Source: Felis catus (lineage: Eukaryota). Taken from it: 64,000 nucleotides of DNA. This document shows positions 38,151 through 55,024 of this stretch, piece by piece. Position 1 is the stretch's first letter, and each line of letters opens with the position of its first letter. A program made the translations under genes and the position numbers. Below the pieces are notes generated by a model. It did not search any database. It was not told the origin of the DNA and saw nothing but the letters and a program-made list of their open reading frames with translations. The stretch spans positions 89,654,001-89,718,000 of the forward strand of contig NC_058368.1 of NCBI RefSeq assembly GCF_018350175.1, given 5' to 3'.

Positions 38151-39769
38151 AATCAATCCCCTCAATCTTTGGTGTACATCTCCTCTGAACTGAGCTTAGG
38201 AAGATCAATAAAATACAGCCTCTCTTCACATGTGACCAGAAAACCACAAATCAGTCTGATAAACGTTCTAACAGCAGGAGCCCAGGAGGCAGAAGCTGCC
38301 TGAGTAATGATGATTGCCCCACCATAGGGAAGGGACATGTGAAGTAGGCCCTGAAGAGGGGGCTCTGCAGAAGGGAAGGAAGTACAAATGTCCAGGGTGA
38401 AAAGACAGGTGAAAGCAAAGACTTCAGGATATGAAAAGCCCGGCCCTTTGCGACAATAGTGAGCACTCTGTGCCTCTCAGAGATGTGTCAGGAGATGAAG
38501 CTGGAGAGAAGGGCACTGGGCAGAAAGTCCTGGCATGCCCCTACTTTATCTTAGAAGCAAAAGCTTGCTGCCAAAGAAGCTGGGCTGACATCTGCCACAG
38601 CTCCTAGCCAGGGGTGCCAGGGGTGTGCCCTGGATGTGTACCCCAGAAAATGGGACCCTGAGGGTCCCAAGGCAATGCTGCAGGCCTCACCACAGGGCAT
38701 GCGCAAGCCTGGGGCAGGTGAGTGCTGGCTGCCATACTTCTCCTCTGGTGCCCACACACCAGCCTCAGGCCTCACCCCTAACTGATCCACTGGGAGGGCC
38801 CATCCTTTCTTCCATCACAGGTCCAAACCCAAGCCCACTGACCTCCCTCTACTGTAGCTCAGAGGCCAGCCATCTGCTTGGTGTGGCTTTATTAACTTTC
38901 CACTACCTGGAAAATCCCATTTCTCCTTCAACACCCACCTCTCCTGGGATTTCTTCCTAGCCCCTAACCACCTGAGGGGAGGCCCCCTTCTGCAGGACAC
39001 CCTCTTCACACACCAGCCCTGGAGGTGTGCAATGGGGGCTGGTGTGCAGGGAGTGCTAACACTTTCCCTGGGGAGGGTGGAACTGGTGGCAGAGCCCACT
39101 GGTCTGAGTGTCAGGAGGGGGTACACCTTCAGGCTAAGGAGGGACTTTGCAGTGGTCACAGCGGCCAGACGGGGAGTTGCTTTCTGAGAGCAATGGTGCA
39201 GTCCAACTGGAGGTCCTCAGTTTCCCTGTCAGTACAATGAGACTAGATGCTCAGTAAGGGCCTTCTGCCTCTGCCCCACTGTGGTGTGGTGCCTAGAAGG
39301 TTTTGGCCAACAGGAGGCACGGAAGGGAAGGGGAGAGCCAGGCTCTGGCTAGTGGCCTTCTTGTCCACATGAGGCTTAAATGAGATCTGAGTGTACAGAG
39401 TGTGCTGTCCTACACCCTAGGGTGGGTCGGGGGTCAAGGGTTCAGTGTGGTGTAGAGCCAACTATAGTGGGGGTCCTCTAGGATCCGCATCCCACAATAA
39501 GCTGCCAGGGTGGGACACCTGGTATCAGGGAGGTGGGCAGGGAAGGACAGAGGAGCTGGACCTGTGGGTCAGTAGTGAGCTGTGCCCCTCAGAAGGACAG
39601 GGACATGGGACATGGTGGGTTGGGGGGAGGGGGGACAGGACACAGCCCTGGGCCTCCAGCCACGCAGTCCTCTCTTCCTGTTGTCTCACGATGGTCCTGG
39701 CAGGATGCATCTGCCAGAGTTCCAGGTCCAGACCTCCCCCAAGGCCTGTTCCCACCCCTACCGGGATCT

Positions 39770-39900
39770 CACACACACACTCACACACACCCATGGGCAT
39801 GCACACATGGACATGTCAGACACACACATACACATCCACACACAAAGCCACACACACCACTTACACACCAGCCTCACAAACACGCAGATCCATGCCCCAG

Positions 39901-39938
<38 letters not shown>

Positions 39939-39945
39939 CCACACC
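39770..39945. repeat. CA-rich tract containing a pure (CA)n run at about 39903-39935
   Basis: Direct reading. Confidence 0.9.
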
Positions 39946-40733
39946 TATGGGCATGTGCACACATAGGCACATGCTGTCCTGCTGAAAGGAGAATGGGGGC
40001 AAGAAGCTGCATGAGCAGCAGGGCAGCAGGAGGGTTTTCAAGGCAGAGTTACTTGTGTGTTTGGGGTCAAGCCCTGTGGGAAGGATGGAGGAACGAGGCA
40101 AGGGGTGTCGGGGGATGCTGGGGCAGCCAGAGGGGGCTGCGAGGGTGGACAGAAGCAGATGGAGCCAAGGACATAGGAGGCGAACTCCATAGGACCTGGG
40201 AGAGGGTGAGGTCATGGGCAGAGTTTGCAGCAGGGGCAGTGGAGGCCCTTGGTTCTGGGCATTTGGGAAGGGTCTACACTGTACATGTAAGGACCCCCTT
40301 ACAAGCAGTGGCTATGTGTCTGGGGTTTAGGAGGGAAAGCCCTTCATATAGTCATGTGGGGGCCACCATGCCAAGGTGACACACTCCAGGCCTCCCCCAA
40401 TTTAGAGTAAGGCCTGTGGTCTCTCCCATCAACTTCATGTCGGCAGCCCAGCTTATGTGAGCTTATGGGGCCAGAGACTGGGATTCAGTCAGGTCACAGC
40501 TCACTGGGGGCTGGGCCCAGTCTGTTGCCAGGGACAAGGGCAAGGGGCAGCCTGAGGTAGAGATCCCTGGTTGTCTTGGGGCCTGGAAGGTGTTGCCCGG
40601 GGCCAAGAGCTGAGGCAGCCCTGCCGTAGAGAGGGGTATGCTCTTGTGGGCAGGGAAGGCCCATCAGTCCCAGACTGACATCACCATGTGAACTCATGAT
40701 CCAGCACCATACTAACCCTGTCTCCCACCCCAG

Positions 40734-40830
40734 GTCTGGCAAGTGGCTACTCCATGACCCCCCCAACCCTAAACATCACGGAGGAGACATACATCATTGA
40801 CTCCAGTGACAGCCTATCCATCTCCTGCAG
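40734..40830 (+). CDS. FLT4: FLT4 exon 2
   Basis: cccag|GT CTG GCA... [32 protein letters not shown], then gtactc; 97 nt. Confidence 0.95.
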
Positions 40831-41445
40831 GTACTCATACCTCAGCCAAGGGATCAGGGGCCCGGTCCCTCCTACAGAAGGCCAAGGCAGGAGATGGTAG
40901 AGGAGAACCTGGAAGGCAGTCCCTCCCAAGGGCAAAGGGACCTCAAGGCTTCGTGGGGCTCCCTGGTTGCCTGGGTGTGGGCTCCTGGAGGCATAGACCA
41001 TCCCCTGCCCTGCAGACACGTTACACCTGCTCCCACCACAGATCGATTACCCTGCACCCACCCTTGGGTCACTCCTCACTGACCCCAGGCCACTCCATGC
41101 CCCAAGTTACCCTGCATGGACCCCAGGTTCCCTACACCCACCCCCAACCACCCTCCATTGGCTCCAGGCCCACCCACACAGACCTCAGACCTCCTATCCT
41201 CCCTGCAGCCCTAGGAATGACTTGCAGGCTTCTTTGCAAGCCAGCCTGCAATATGTGGGCCCAGGAGCCATGCAAAGGCCCCCAAGGGCCTCGAGGAGCA
41301 CCCTGCCCCGGGCTGGGTCCATGGGCTGTTCCAACGTCGGGGTGAGACAAGCTATAGGCAAGGCTTGACTTCTGGGAAGGCTCCGCAGGGATTGTGCCCT
41401 AGAGTTGCAGCAGGAACCCCCTTGTCCTTTCGTGTCCTCTGTCAG

Positions 41446-41690
41446 GGGGCAGCACCCCCTCGAGTGGGCCTGGCCAGGGGCTCACGAGACACCAGCCACG
41501 GGGGAGAAGGACGGTGAGGACACAGGGGTTGTTCGAGACTGCGAGGGCACGGACACCAGGCCCTACTGCAAGGTGCTGCTGCTGCCCGAGGCCCACGCCA
41601 ACAACACGGGCAGCTACCGTTGCTACTACAAGTACATCAAAGCCCGCATAGAGGGTACCACCGCGGCTAGCACCTACGTGTTCGTGAGAG
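41446..41690 (+). CDS. FLT4: FLT4 exon 3 (Ig1)
   Basis: [12 protein letters not shown]...[29 protein letters not shown] flanks; 245 nt. Confidence 0.96.
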
Positions 41691-41873
41691 GTGAGGGCAC
41701 CCAGAGCAGCTGGCCCTGCGGCTGCCCAGGAGGCATGGGCAGGGTGCTGGATCCTGGAGAGGCATCCAGCAGCTGCACTCCCAGCCCCAACCTGCGCACC
41801 CTTTGGGCGCCACCCAGGGCCCCTTGCCTGGGTAGGAAACCCCTAAGCCCTGCCTTCCCCCCCCTCTCCTCAG

Positions 41874-41986
41874 ACTTGGAGCAGCCGTTCATCAACAAGC
41901 CAGACACGCTTCTAGTCAACAGGAAGGATTCCATGTGGGTGCCCTGCCTGGTGTCCATCCCTGGCCTCAACGTCACGCTGCGATCG
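41874..41986 (+). CDS. FLT4: FLT4 exon 4
   Basis: [38 protein letters not shown]; 113 nt. Confidence 0.96.
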
Positions 41987-42104
41987 GTACAGCCCCCATC
42001 CCCAACCCCACCCCAGGATCTGGCCCTCCTGTCTCTGTCACTGGAAAAAGAGTTCCCCGGTCTGGCCAGGAGGAAGTGAGCTGACAGCCACCATGTCTCT
42101 GCAG

Positions 42105-42267
42105 CAAAACTCAGCACTGCGGCCTGATGGGCAGGAGGTGGTGTGGGATGACCGCCGGGGTATGCGGGTGCCCACACCACTGCTGCGCGACGCCCTGTAC
42201 CTGCAGTGTGAGACCACCTGGAGTGGCCAGGCCTTCCTGTCCAACCCGTTCCTCGTGCACATCACAG
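42105..42267 (+). CDS. FLT4: FLT4 exon 5
   Basis: [39 protein letters not shown]...FLVHIT; 163 nt. Confidence 0.96.
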
Positions 42268-42449
42268 GTAGGGGCTGCCCTGTGCTGCAGGCCCTCCTCC
42301 TGCCCCACCTGGGAACCCCTGCCCAAGTCCTGGGGGGACCGCAGGAAGAGGATGGGGGATCCCCCAATTCCTGCTAATGGGGCTATAGGTGCCACAGCTG
42401 GTCTCATTGGGCACCCTGTGCCCTACACCCTGTATGTGCCATCCTGTGA

Positions 42450-42755
<306 letters not shown>

Positions 42756-42906
42756 TAGAGGGTCCTGCCCCAAGAGCCCCTGTCTGATAGCAAAGTTTTC
42801 CTACCCCAAGGAAAACTCTGGGTCTGGGTCCAAGGCTTCCAGAGTCCCTGCTAGGCTGGGGTATGTGCCTTTGGTGCTCAGTTCTGCCAGAACCCACCTG
42901 CTCTGA

Positions 42907-43116
<210 letters not shown>

Positions 43117-43238
43117 TGAGTCGGGTGTCAGTCATCAAGCCTGAGGAACAAGGGTCCATGTGCAGTGTGGGCGGAGGTCAGAGGTCAGGGTGCACCTGAG
43201 CAGTGTAGAGTCCAGCCAGAGGGAAGGGAGGGTAATGA

Positions 43239-43610
<372 letters not shown>

Positions 43611-46105
43611 TGAAGACACTCTAAGGAACATGCACCTAAGACAATATTTAAGCCAGAGGGAAAGTTATCTCTGGTTGCTTCTAAGCTACGAAAGCTTGCA
43701 AACACCAGCCTCCTGTTATCAGTGGGTGTGGTGGGCACAATGTAGGGTTTTATCCAACTGATTCCTGCAACTGCTCAGTGTCCCTGAGGGCCCTGCCAGC
43801 TGAAGGATGTCACAGAGCTTGGGCCTGCCCTACAGCAGTGGCTTTGGGTTTCTTAGGCCTCCCTCTGAACAGGTTACCACCGTCAGGACCCTCCTATCCA
43901 TGAGTTCAGAGATGCCACACAGTTTCCACAGACTGTTGTAGGGCCAGGCTCTGGGCTGGGCCTGAGCTGTGTGGCAGAAAGCAAGAGTTTCCAGGAGGCC
44001 CACAGACTCCAGAGCCCCAGCTCTGGTCTGTGACCCAAGAAGGCCTCCCCTTCAGGATGTATTAAGGGTCAGTGACGGGGAGGGTCCCTCAGTGGTGGCT
44101 CCGCCCTTGCTATGTGCTCCCAGAGAGCTCCCTAGGAGCTCAGGTTGTCACAGCATCCCCCCCCCCCCCCACACACACACACCCTTGGGTCATCTGAGCA
44201 ATCAGTGCAGTCCAACCCTGGGATGTCACACTCTAGCCTGACCCCCATTGTACACATGGAAACAGAGGTGGGGGAAGGGGAAGGGCATTCCTACCTGAGC
44301 ACTAAGCCTCCTGGGAGAACTCTGCTTCATCCTTTCCCAGCTGGCCAGAGAAACCCTGCCCTTCCCAGACCAGGGCACCTCCCTCCGGGCAGGATCACCT
44401 TTTCTGAAAGCCTGGAGCTGGGCAAGCAGGGGCCCCAGGCATTCTCAGCTGGGATGTCACTGTGCTGGCTGTCCCAGGCTGGAAGCAGGCTTCTCCTGGG
44501 AGGGCCTCAGGATGCTGTGGGCCTGGGCCTTGTATAACCCTACCTCTAAGGCCATAGGCTTTGTGGTCCATTAGCAGTACCTGGTAGAGGACCAGCATTT
44601 TGGGGACAGGGTCTTAAAAGGCACTGATGCAGCCTGGAGCCTCCCTTACATATCAGCCTCCTGGAGATACCTGGGACTCTGTCCCCTGCTCTCCAAGGCC
44701 AGCAAGACTGACCCATCCAGGGTCTGGCCCAGACCTGGGGCTCAGGCAGCTGGCTGCCTCTCATCATTCCCACTACTTCTAGTTTTTCTCCTCTCACCTG
44801 GCCAACACCTGCCTCTAAGAAGTGCTCAGCTGGGTCCATTGTCCATTGAGACACCTGCCCCCAGGCACAGTAGCCACCACAAGGGTCCCCACAAGGGTCT
44901 ACTCTTCTAGGCTGTCATGTGATGGCTATGAGTAAGTGAATGGATAGAGATCTAGTGGACAGACAGGCTGGCCCTCAGCTCCTGAAGCACCCTTTGTGTC
45001 CAGCACAGTGCTGACACCACAGGCTGTAACTCAGTTCAACCTCATGACCCCTGCAAAAAAGTGCATTTTGTTTCCCCGGTTTTCAGATGATGACATTGGG
45101 GGCTTGGGGCCATGAAGGGGGTTGCCGAAGATCACAGACGCAGCAGGAGGCAGACTCAGAATTTTGCACCAGAGCCTGGCAGGCCACATGGCCTCAGGTC
45201 TGCCCTGCCTTGTCCTGCTGTGTGACCCTGGATGACTCATGCTCCTCCCCTACGTCCCCCCTCACTGTTGGTCTCTGACCAAGGGTGTGCCTCTCCCGCA
45301 CCACTCTGGCTGAATACCAGGGGAAGGCACCTGCGTGAGGGAGGACCATTTCCAGGTAGAGTCTGGGTTGCAGAGGCAGCTGCCAGCAGCACTCCCAGGT
45401 CAGGCCTGGGGAGGAACCACATCTATTTGCATATACACTGAACACCAATGTGTATTTCTCTAAGTGTAGGGACATAGCAGTAAAGGGGACAGTGTGAGGA
45501 GAAGCAGGCAGGGAGAAGCAGGGCAGAGGGCAGGAGCTGGTTCATAGGACAGTAGGCAAAGTTTTGTCTAATGAGTAAGTATTTGAATGTAGGAGAGAGG
45601 GAGCCATACAGGTGTCTAGGGGACCGAGCATCCAAGCAAGGAGAAGGACAGCAAATACAAAGGCCCCAGGTGGGAGTGTGGGGGCAGCAAGAAGACCCAG
45701 CATCTGAAAAGCTCCAGGAAGGGCAGAGCCGGGGTCAGAGAGTGAGGCAGAGCCCCCATGCGGTAAGGGTCTGGTCTGTGCTACTGGAGGACTGCACTTC
45801 CGGTCCTTCCCAGTACATACCATTGAAGTCTGTGAGAGACAGTGTGGCCTGGAGACCATCCCCATAGCCTCCAGGTCACCTGCTCTCCATGCAGAGTCAG
45901 CAGCTGCCCCAGCCTGAAGCCCTGCCACCCTTCCCAGCAGCCTCCTGGTCTGGTCCAGGAGGGGTCTCTCACTCCAGCCTGGCCCGTCAGGACTCTGGCA
46001 CCAGCCTCTTCCTGCCTCCCCTGACAGTCTACTGCAGTTATCCTGTAGGGGCCTGGCTGTGGCAGGGAAGGGATGCTAGGACAGGGCAGGCGTTGGTCCA
46101 CGTGA

Positions 46106-46390
<285 letters not shown>

Positions 46391-46451
46391 TGAGTAGAGA
46401 ATGGTGGGCACGGCAGGGGCCTGCTGACCAGCTGTCTGCTTGTGTCCCCAG

Positions 46452-46614
46452 TGCCCCCCCACATCCACGAGAAGGAGGCCTCCTCCCCCAGCACCTACTC
46501 CCGCCACAGCCGCCAGGCCCTCACCTGCACTGCCTATGGGGTGCCCCCTCCTCTCAGCGTCCAGTGGCACTGGAGGCCATGGACCCCCTGCAAGACCTTC
46601 ACCCAGCGCAGCCT
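46452..46614 (+). CDS. FLT4: FLT4 exon 10
   Basis: [55 protein letters not shown]; 163 nt. Confidence 0.96.
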
Positions 46615-48036
46615 GTGAGTGTGGCTCCAGCCTGTCCTTCCCTGCTTTCCAGCCCCATCCTCAACCTGGGCTGGGTCCCCCACTCATGGCCCGCACTCCT
46701 CCCCAGAGTCCTGCTCTAAACTCAAACCCTACCGCCATTCCCTGACCTTACCTCACCTGAGCAAGGCTCAGAGCCTCCCTAGTATCCATCAGGCTGGGCT
46801 GCACATGGGATGGTGCAGCTGCCACCCACCGCCTTGAAATGAAAGCCCCCAAGACACATAACTGCATCATCCAGGAGGACAAAGGGAACTGGGCACCAAG
46901 TGGGCAGACGTGAGCTAGTTTTATGAGACTTGTATTGAGCACTGGGTCACACCAATCATGCCCAGTTAACTTTTTCTGAGCAGTGTTCATGATGACCCCT
47001 TATAGAGGAAGAAAATGAGGATCAGAGAAGGGCCCTGACTTTCCCAAGGTCACGGCTGTAAGCAGCAGAGCCTGCCCGCCGACTGAGGAGCCATGCGCCC
47101 CTACACGGGAGCTGGGTACCAGGAGGACAGACAGACCAAGGAGTTTGCTGAGAGCAGGGACAAACTGGACAAGCAGGGGATGGGAGAAGAGGGTGCCAAG
47201 GTAGCCAGCGGTCTGGAAGGCACTAGGGAGCAGTGAAGGGCATGGAGTGGGGGGGCTCACAGGTCACATTTGCCATTGAGCAAGAGATCCTTGTGGGCAG
47301 GGTGGAAGGGCACAGGCTGGGGAAGGATGGAGGCTGGGAACCCAAGGAAGTGACAGAGAAGCTGCACCAGGAAAGGGACTATAGCGACAGGACCATCAAT
47401 GGTGGAGGCTCGGTAGGGGTGGCCTGCTGCATCCAAGGCTCATAAGAGATTCTTCTAGACCACGAGGCCCTTCCAAATTTGCTTCCCTCTGATGCTTCTA
47501 CCTTTTTGCTCTAGGCCAACTGACAGAACCCTAGGGTCCCACTCTGCTCTGCTGGGGGTAGACAAGAGCCTCCCTTGGGACCCCAGACCCATATCCCAAC
47601 AAGGGACTAAAGGTGCTGGGGTCACACCCAGCCCAGGAAGGGGCCACAGCTCTGGAAGGAGGAGGGGGCTTCTTAGAACAAAAGTGTTGACTCTGCTGCC
47701 CCTGGAAAATCTAGGAATGGGATGCAGGAAGGGACACATCTTGAGTAGGGGGTGGTGGGCACAGCAGGATAGAGGGGGCCATGAGGCCACAGGTATGTGC
47801 TGCTCCGCAGGCAGCAGGCCTCGGCCTTTGGGGAAGGCTGTGTCTGGCAGCCTTCACAGGATAGGTTGTTACAGGACCATAAGCATAAAGAGTGGAAGAT
47901 AGTGTTCCAGAAACAAAGCCCCAATGCCCACACGTGTGAGCAGATGACCCTGAGTATGACAAAGTCTCGACCCCCACCCTCTGTGGGGCCTTCCCTGCCC
48001 ATATCCTGACCTGACCTGGCCCCCTCTTGCTCCCAG

Positions 48037-48163
48037 CAGCCGGCGGCAGCAGAGAGACCACATGCCACAGTGCCGTGACTGGAGAGAGGTGACCACACAG
48101 GATGCGGTGAACCCCATTGAAAGTCTGGACACCTGGACCGAATTTGTAGAGGGGAAGAATAAG
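48037..48163 (+). CDS. FLT4: FLT4 exon 11 (alternative start at 48040)
   Basis: [42 protein letters not shown]; 127 nt. Confidence 0.94.
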
Positions 48164-49230
48164 GTATGCGTCAGCCATGCCACTGATAGGGGAGGAGAAG
48201 GCAGGCAGAGAGGACCCCTCTCCTGGCCTCCTCCATTTCCCCTAGGCCTGCCGAGCTCTGACAGTTGGTGGTCTTTCTGCAGTGTCTCTGGGCTTCAGCT
48301 CCCCCTCTTGCACGTGGATGGGGGGGGGGGACCTCCAGCTGCTTCCTAGACAGAGAAGCTTAGATTCAAGTCAGCCCTTCCAGGCCCTGGGCCCCAGCCA
48401 CCCACAGGCTCCAGGGCTAGGAGGGTTAGGCCTGGAGTCAGCTAGGTCTCCACCGAAGGCAACTGAGCCTCTGGCCCAGCCTGGGGGCAATGCCTAGAAG
48501 AGGCCAGGCGGGGGAAGGGACTGAACAAAGGCACCCACTTCCTACGGTCACTTCCTGTTTTCCTACACACCTCCAGAGCCTCTTCCTGTTCCAGGCCTGG
48601 CCAGGAAGTGCCCAGCTTGGAATGGGGGGTGGTGGTGTTTGGATGGTAGGCAGGGCCTATGGCCCTCTCCTCCCCCAGCCTCCAAGCTTCCTATTCCCCA
48701 GGCCAGAGTCCTTCAGGCCAGTCCTATTCCAGACCTGGGACCCATTCCCTCCCCTTGCCACCATCCAGGGCCCAGAGAGAGGTGCTGTGAGCAGCCCTGG
48801 GGTGAATGTGACACATCGCAAGGGTCCCACACAGTGACCAGCTGCTGGCCTTGCTCCACACCATGAATCCTAGCCCTGGCTTGGACCGCCCCAGTGCTAG
48901 ACTGGGTCTGTCCCCTCCTCCTCAACATGGCCACAGTCTCAGCCTATCCACACCCAGAGGTCTCTGTAGCCCTGCCTAATGCTGCCCTCTGACCTCAGCC
49001 ACAGCTGATGCTGTTCATAGCTTCGTCCTTGACTTTTCCAGAGAGCCACTTCTGCTGTGCAAAGGCTTCACCTTCTGCTCCCCACCTGGTCCTGTCTCTG
49101 AGCTTGGTCCCCTCCAGCTCCAGGCCTCAGTGATCCCCACTACTCTGCTGGGCACAGCTGCCTCCTTGCAGAAAGGGAGGAAGGTCAGGGTGGGATGAAC
49201 TTGGGCAGGAAATGCTTGTGTTCTGCTTAG

Positions 49231-49339
49231 ACGGTGAGCAAGCTGGTGATCCAGGATGCCAACGTGTCTGCCATGTACAAGTGCATGGTCTTCAACAAAG
49301 TGGGCCAGGACGAGCGGCTCATCTACTTCTACGTGACCA
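49231..49339 (+). CDS. FLT4: FLT4 exon 12
   Basis: [36 protein letters not shown]; 109 nt. Confidence 0.96.
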
Positions 49340-49399
49340 GTGAGTGACTTGCACAGGCCTGGGTGGAGTCAGGAACCAGTGGGCACAGGAGGAAGGAGA

Positions 49400-49560
49400 G
49401 AAGGCCTGGAAGAAGATAAGGAGCCCAAGTTGGGCCCATTGAGTTTCTGATGATGTCAGGCACCCGGGAGAGACATCAGGGGCCCAGTGGGCCCCTGGGT
49501 CTGGGTGGGAGGGATAGATTTGGAGGTCATCAGCATATGAACTGGGGTGCTGGTCCACTG
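49400..49560 (-). mobile_element. LINE-2 RT fragment in intron 12
   Basis: Minus-strand peptide SYADDLQIYPSHPD contains the RT YADD motif. Confidence 0.65.
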
Positions 49561-50322
49561 GGATGGAGTGGCACCCTTTGCCCCCAACCCTGGAGGCACC
49601 TCCCCACTGGTGCTCCTCCCACCCCCTTCCCACACTGCAGCTGGCTCACATGTACATGTTTCCTGGGGGAAAAAGGTCTGTAGTTTCCTCAGATTTTCAG
49701 ATGTTTTAGTGCCCCAGTTATGCTCAGAAGCCTATTAAAGGACAGTCACTGTGCCCAGGCATGTAGATAAGGGCACCTCGAAGATAGATGGGGCCAGAGA
49801 GGACACCCTGCGGGAGGGAGGGGGGAGAGGAGCCCACAGGAGCCTGACAAGGAGTGTGACCAAGGGACAAAAGGAAATCAGGAGCGAGGCATCGCCACAA
49901 GCTAATGAAACAATGAGATTGTTTCAAGGAGGGGATAGTGGTGGAGTGTGATCAGCAGCGAGGGAGGATGGGACAGGACGGCACCAAGTGTGCAGACAGG
50001 GACCCCACTGATGGTCCGGGCTCCCAGGAGCAGTAGGGACAGCAGCGGGGCTGGGGTTTATCCAATAGAGAGCTAGAAGGATGACAGGCAGGAAATGGTG
50101 GGGTTGACTTCAGGGAGCCAGTCCCACTGGTCAGTGTTGGGGAGAAGGGGCATGAAGGGGGCTCTCCCTGGTGGTGCACCCAGCCCAAATACACGTGATG
50201 CACCCTCTTGGTCGAGAGCTGAGTCCAAAGAGAGCTGGGAAAGGGAGAGCGAGCCCCGGGACAGGCAGGTAGGTGCGCCAACTCTGGGTGCAGTGTCACA
50301 GAGGTTCCTCCTCCCTCCCCAG

Positions 50323-50685
50323 ACATCCCTGACGGCTTCAGCATAGTATCCGAGCCATCCGAAGAACCCCTAGAGGGCCAAGACGTGCGCCTGAGCTGCC
50401 GGGCGGACAACTACACCTACGAGCATCTGCGTTGGTACCGCCTCAACCTGTCCACGCTGCACGATGCGCACGGGAACCCGCTGCTGCTCGACTGCAAGAA
50501 CGTGCACCTCTTCGCCACGCCGCTGGCAGCCAGCCTGGAGGAGGCGGAGCCAGGGGCGCGCCACGCCACACTCAGCCTGACCATCCCCCGCGTGGCACCA
50601 GAGCACGAAGGCGACTACGTATGCGAGGTGCAGGACCGTCGCAGCCACGACAAGCACTGCCACAAGAAGTACCTGTCAGTGCAGG
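50323..50685 (+). CDS. FLT4: FLT4 exon 13 (Ig6)
   Basis: [41 protein letters not shown]...[11 protein letters not shown]; 363 nt. Confidence 0.97.
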
Positions 50686-50920
50686 GTGAGGCGGGCAGGG
50701 CTGCAGGAGAGGGCTGGCGGTGTTTCCCCAAGAGCCTTTCTCCCCTCCCAGAACGCGCCTGAGCCGCCACTGAGGTTCCTCCTCCCCACCCCACCCCCCT
50801 GCTGTGGAGGTCCACAGCCCTCCCACTCTGCGCTCAAACCCGATCCTTCCTTGAGCTTCGCACAATCCGTCCCCACTCTCTGCTCCCAGCCCTGCGAGAC
50901 CCTTTCCCGGAATGCCCTGA

Positions 50921-51184
<264 letters not shown>

Positions 51185-51187
51185 TGA

Positions 51188-51406
<219 letters not shown>

Positions 51407-51488
51407 TAGTCACCTCCCTCAAGTTGTGCCCGCCAGTCAGGGCGCTTCTCTCAGGGTGCATCCCCCTCCCAAAACACACACACAGTAG

Positions 51489-51740
<252 letters not shown>

Positions 51741-51909
51741 TAGGAAGCCTCTCAGACCCCTCCATGCTGGGCTCTTACACCACCAGAGGTTGTCAGTCTG
51801 TCCCCTCCTTGCCTGAGAGTCCCAAAGGAGATCCCATCTGTCCTGGGGAAAGTTTTACCCAAGACCGTGGTGTGGCCAAATCAGTGAGTCGTCCCCACCC
51901 CCACCCCAG

Positions 51910-52045
51910 CCAGCCCATGCAGACATCAAGACAGGCTACCTGTCCATCATCATGGACCCTGGGGAGGTGCCTCTGGAGGAGCAGTGTGAATACCTGTCCT
52001 ATGATGCCAGCCAATGGGAGTTCCCCCGGGAGCGGCTGCACCTCG
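51910..52045 (+). CDS. FLT4: FLT4 exon 17 (juxtamembrane)
   Basis: [45 protein letters not shown]; 136 nt. Confidence 0.97.
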
Positions 52046-52112
52046 GTGAGGCGATCGCCCAGCCTGCCCCACCCACGCTATCCTGCCTGCACAGATGGGC
52101 TTCAGCCTCTGA

Positions 52113-52712
<600 letters not shown>

Positions 52713-52895
52713 TGACCCAGGGTTCTTCATGGAGGCCTGAGGCTTGGATCCGAGTCATGCTTCCCAATCCCACCCGAAACTCCAGCCTCAAAGAGGCGAG
52801 CAGGACGAGCTGGGGACTCTACGCCCTCACGCGCGGGAGCTCTAGCTGCACTTTAGCTAAGCCAGTGGTGGGGAAGAGGGACGCTCGCGGACTAG

Positions 52896-53401
<506 letters not shown>

Positions 53402-53471
53402 TAGAGGGTGGGGGAGCGCCACTGCCGCGGGTGGCGGAGCCCCCCCCGAGACCCACTTTGTTCATACCTAG

Positions 53472-53619
53472 GAGAAGTCCCCTGAGCAGCGAAGGCGCTT
53501 CCGTGCCATGGTGGAAGGCGCCAAGGCTGACCGGAGGCCAGGAAGCAGCGACAGAGCCCTCCTCTCCAGGCTCCTGATGGGCAAGGGCGGGGCAGGACGG
53601 GCCCCTCCGGTCCAAGAAC
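53472..53619 (+). CDS. FLT4: FLT4 exon 21 (kinase insert)
   Basis: [49 protein letters not shown]; 148 nt. Confidence 0.94.
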
Positions 53620-54043
53620 GTAAGAGCCTGGCTTCCCCTTGCCCAGAGAAGTCTGACTGGCATGATGATACCCATGATCAGGGGACTGTGAGATAAGCTG
53701 GCCTCACTTGGGCCCTCCTGAAGGGGCTTACATGGGAGAGTGTGTAATGGGCTTTTCCTTTGGAAAGGAAGACACCACAGGGGCAGTTTCCAGAGGCTTG
53801 ACATTTGATTCGTGCATCATTGGATGTACAGACATTTGCCTTCCAGACAAGGGTGGGAACAAACAGGAAGAAGTAGCAGGTGCAAAGACCTGTGATGCAA
53901 CAACATTCACCGCTCTGGGAGTAGCTAGTGGGTGCCACAGAGATAGTGGATGCTGAGGGGCAGGAGAAGGGGCCCACACGCCAGTGAGCTAGTGCCAGGG
54001 GCTTCAGGGGCCCAACCAGGAGGGATACAGCCAGGGTTGGTGA

Positions 54044-54728
<685 letters not shown>

Positions 54729-54805
54729 AGAACAGGACTCGGGCATGGGTGGGCCCCGGGGACCTGTGCTGACCACCCCCCCCCCACACCTCCTCGTGCC
54801 CCTAG

Positions 54806-55024
<219 letters not shown>

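Noticed and set aside
34686..40379. His/Pro/Ser/Thr-rich ORFs
   Set aside because: Translations of the CCAT and CA repeats
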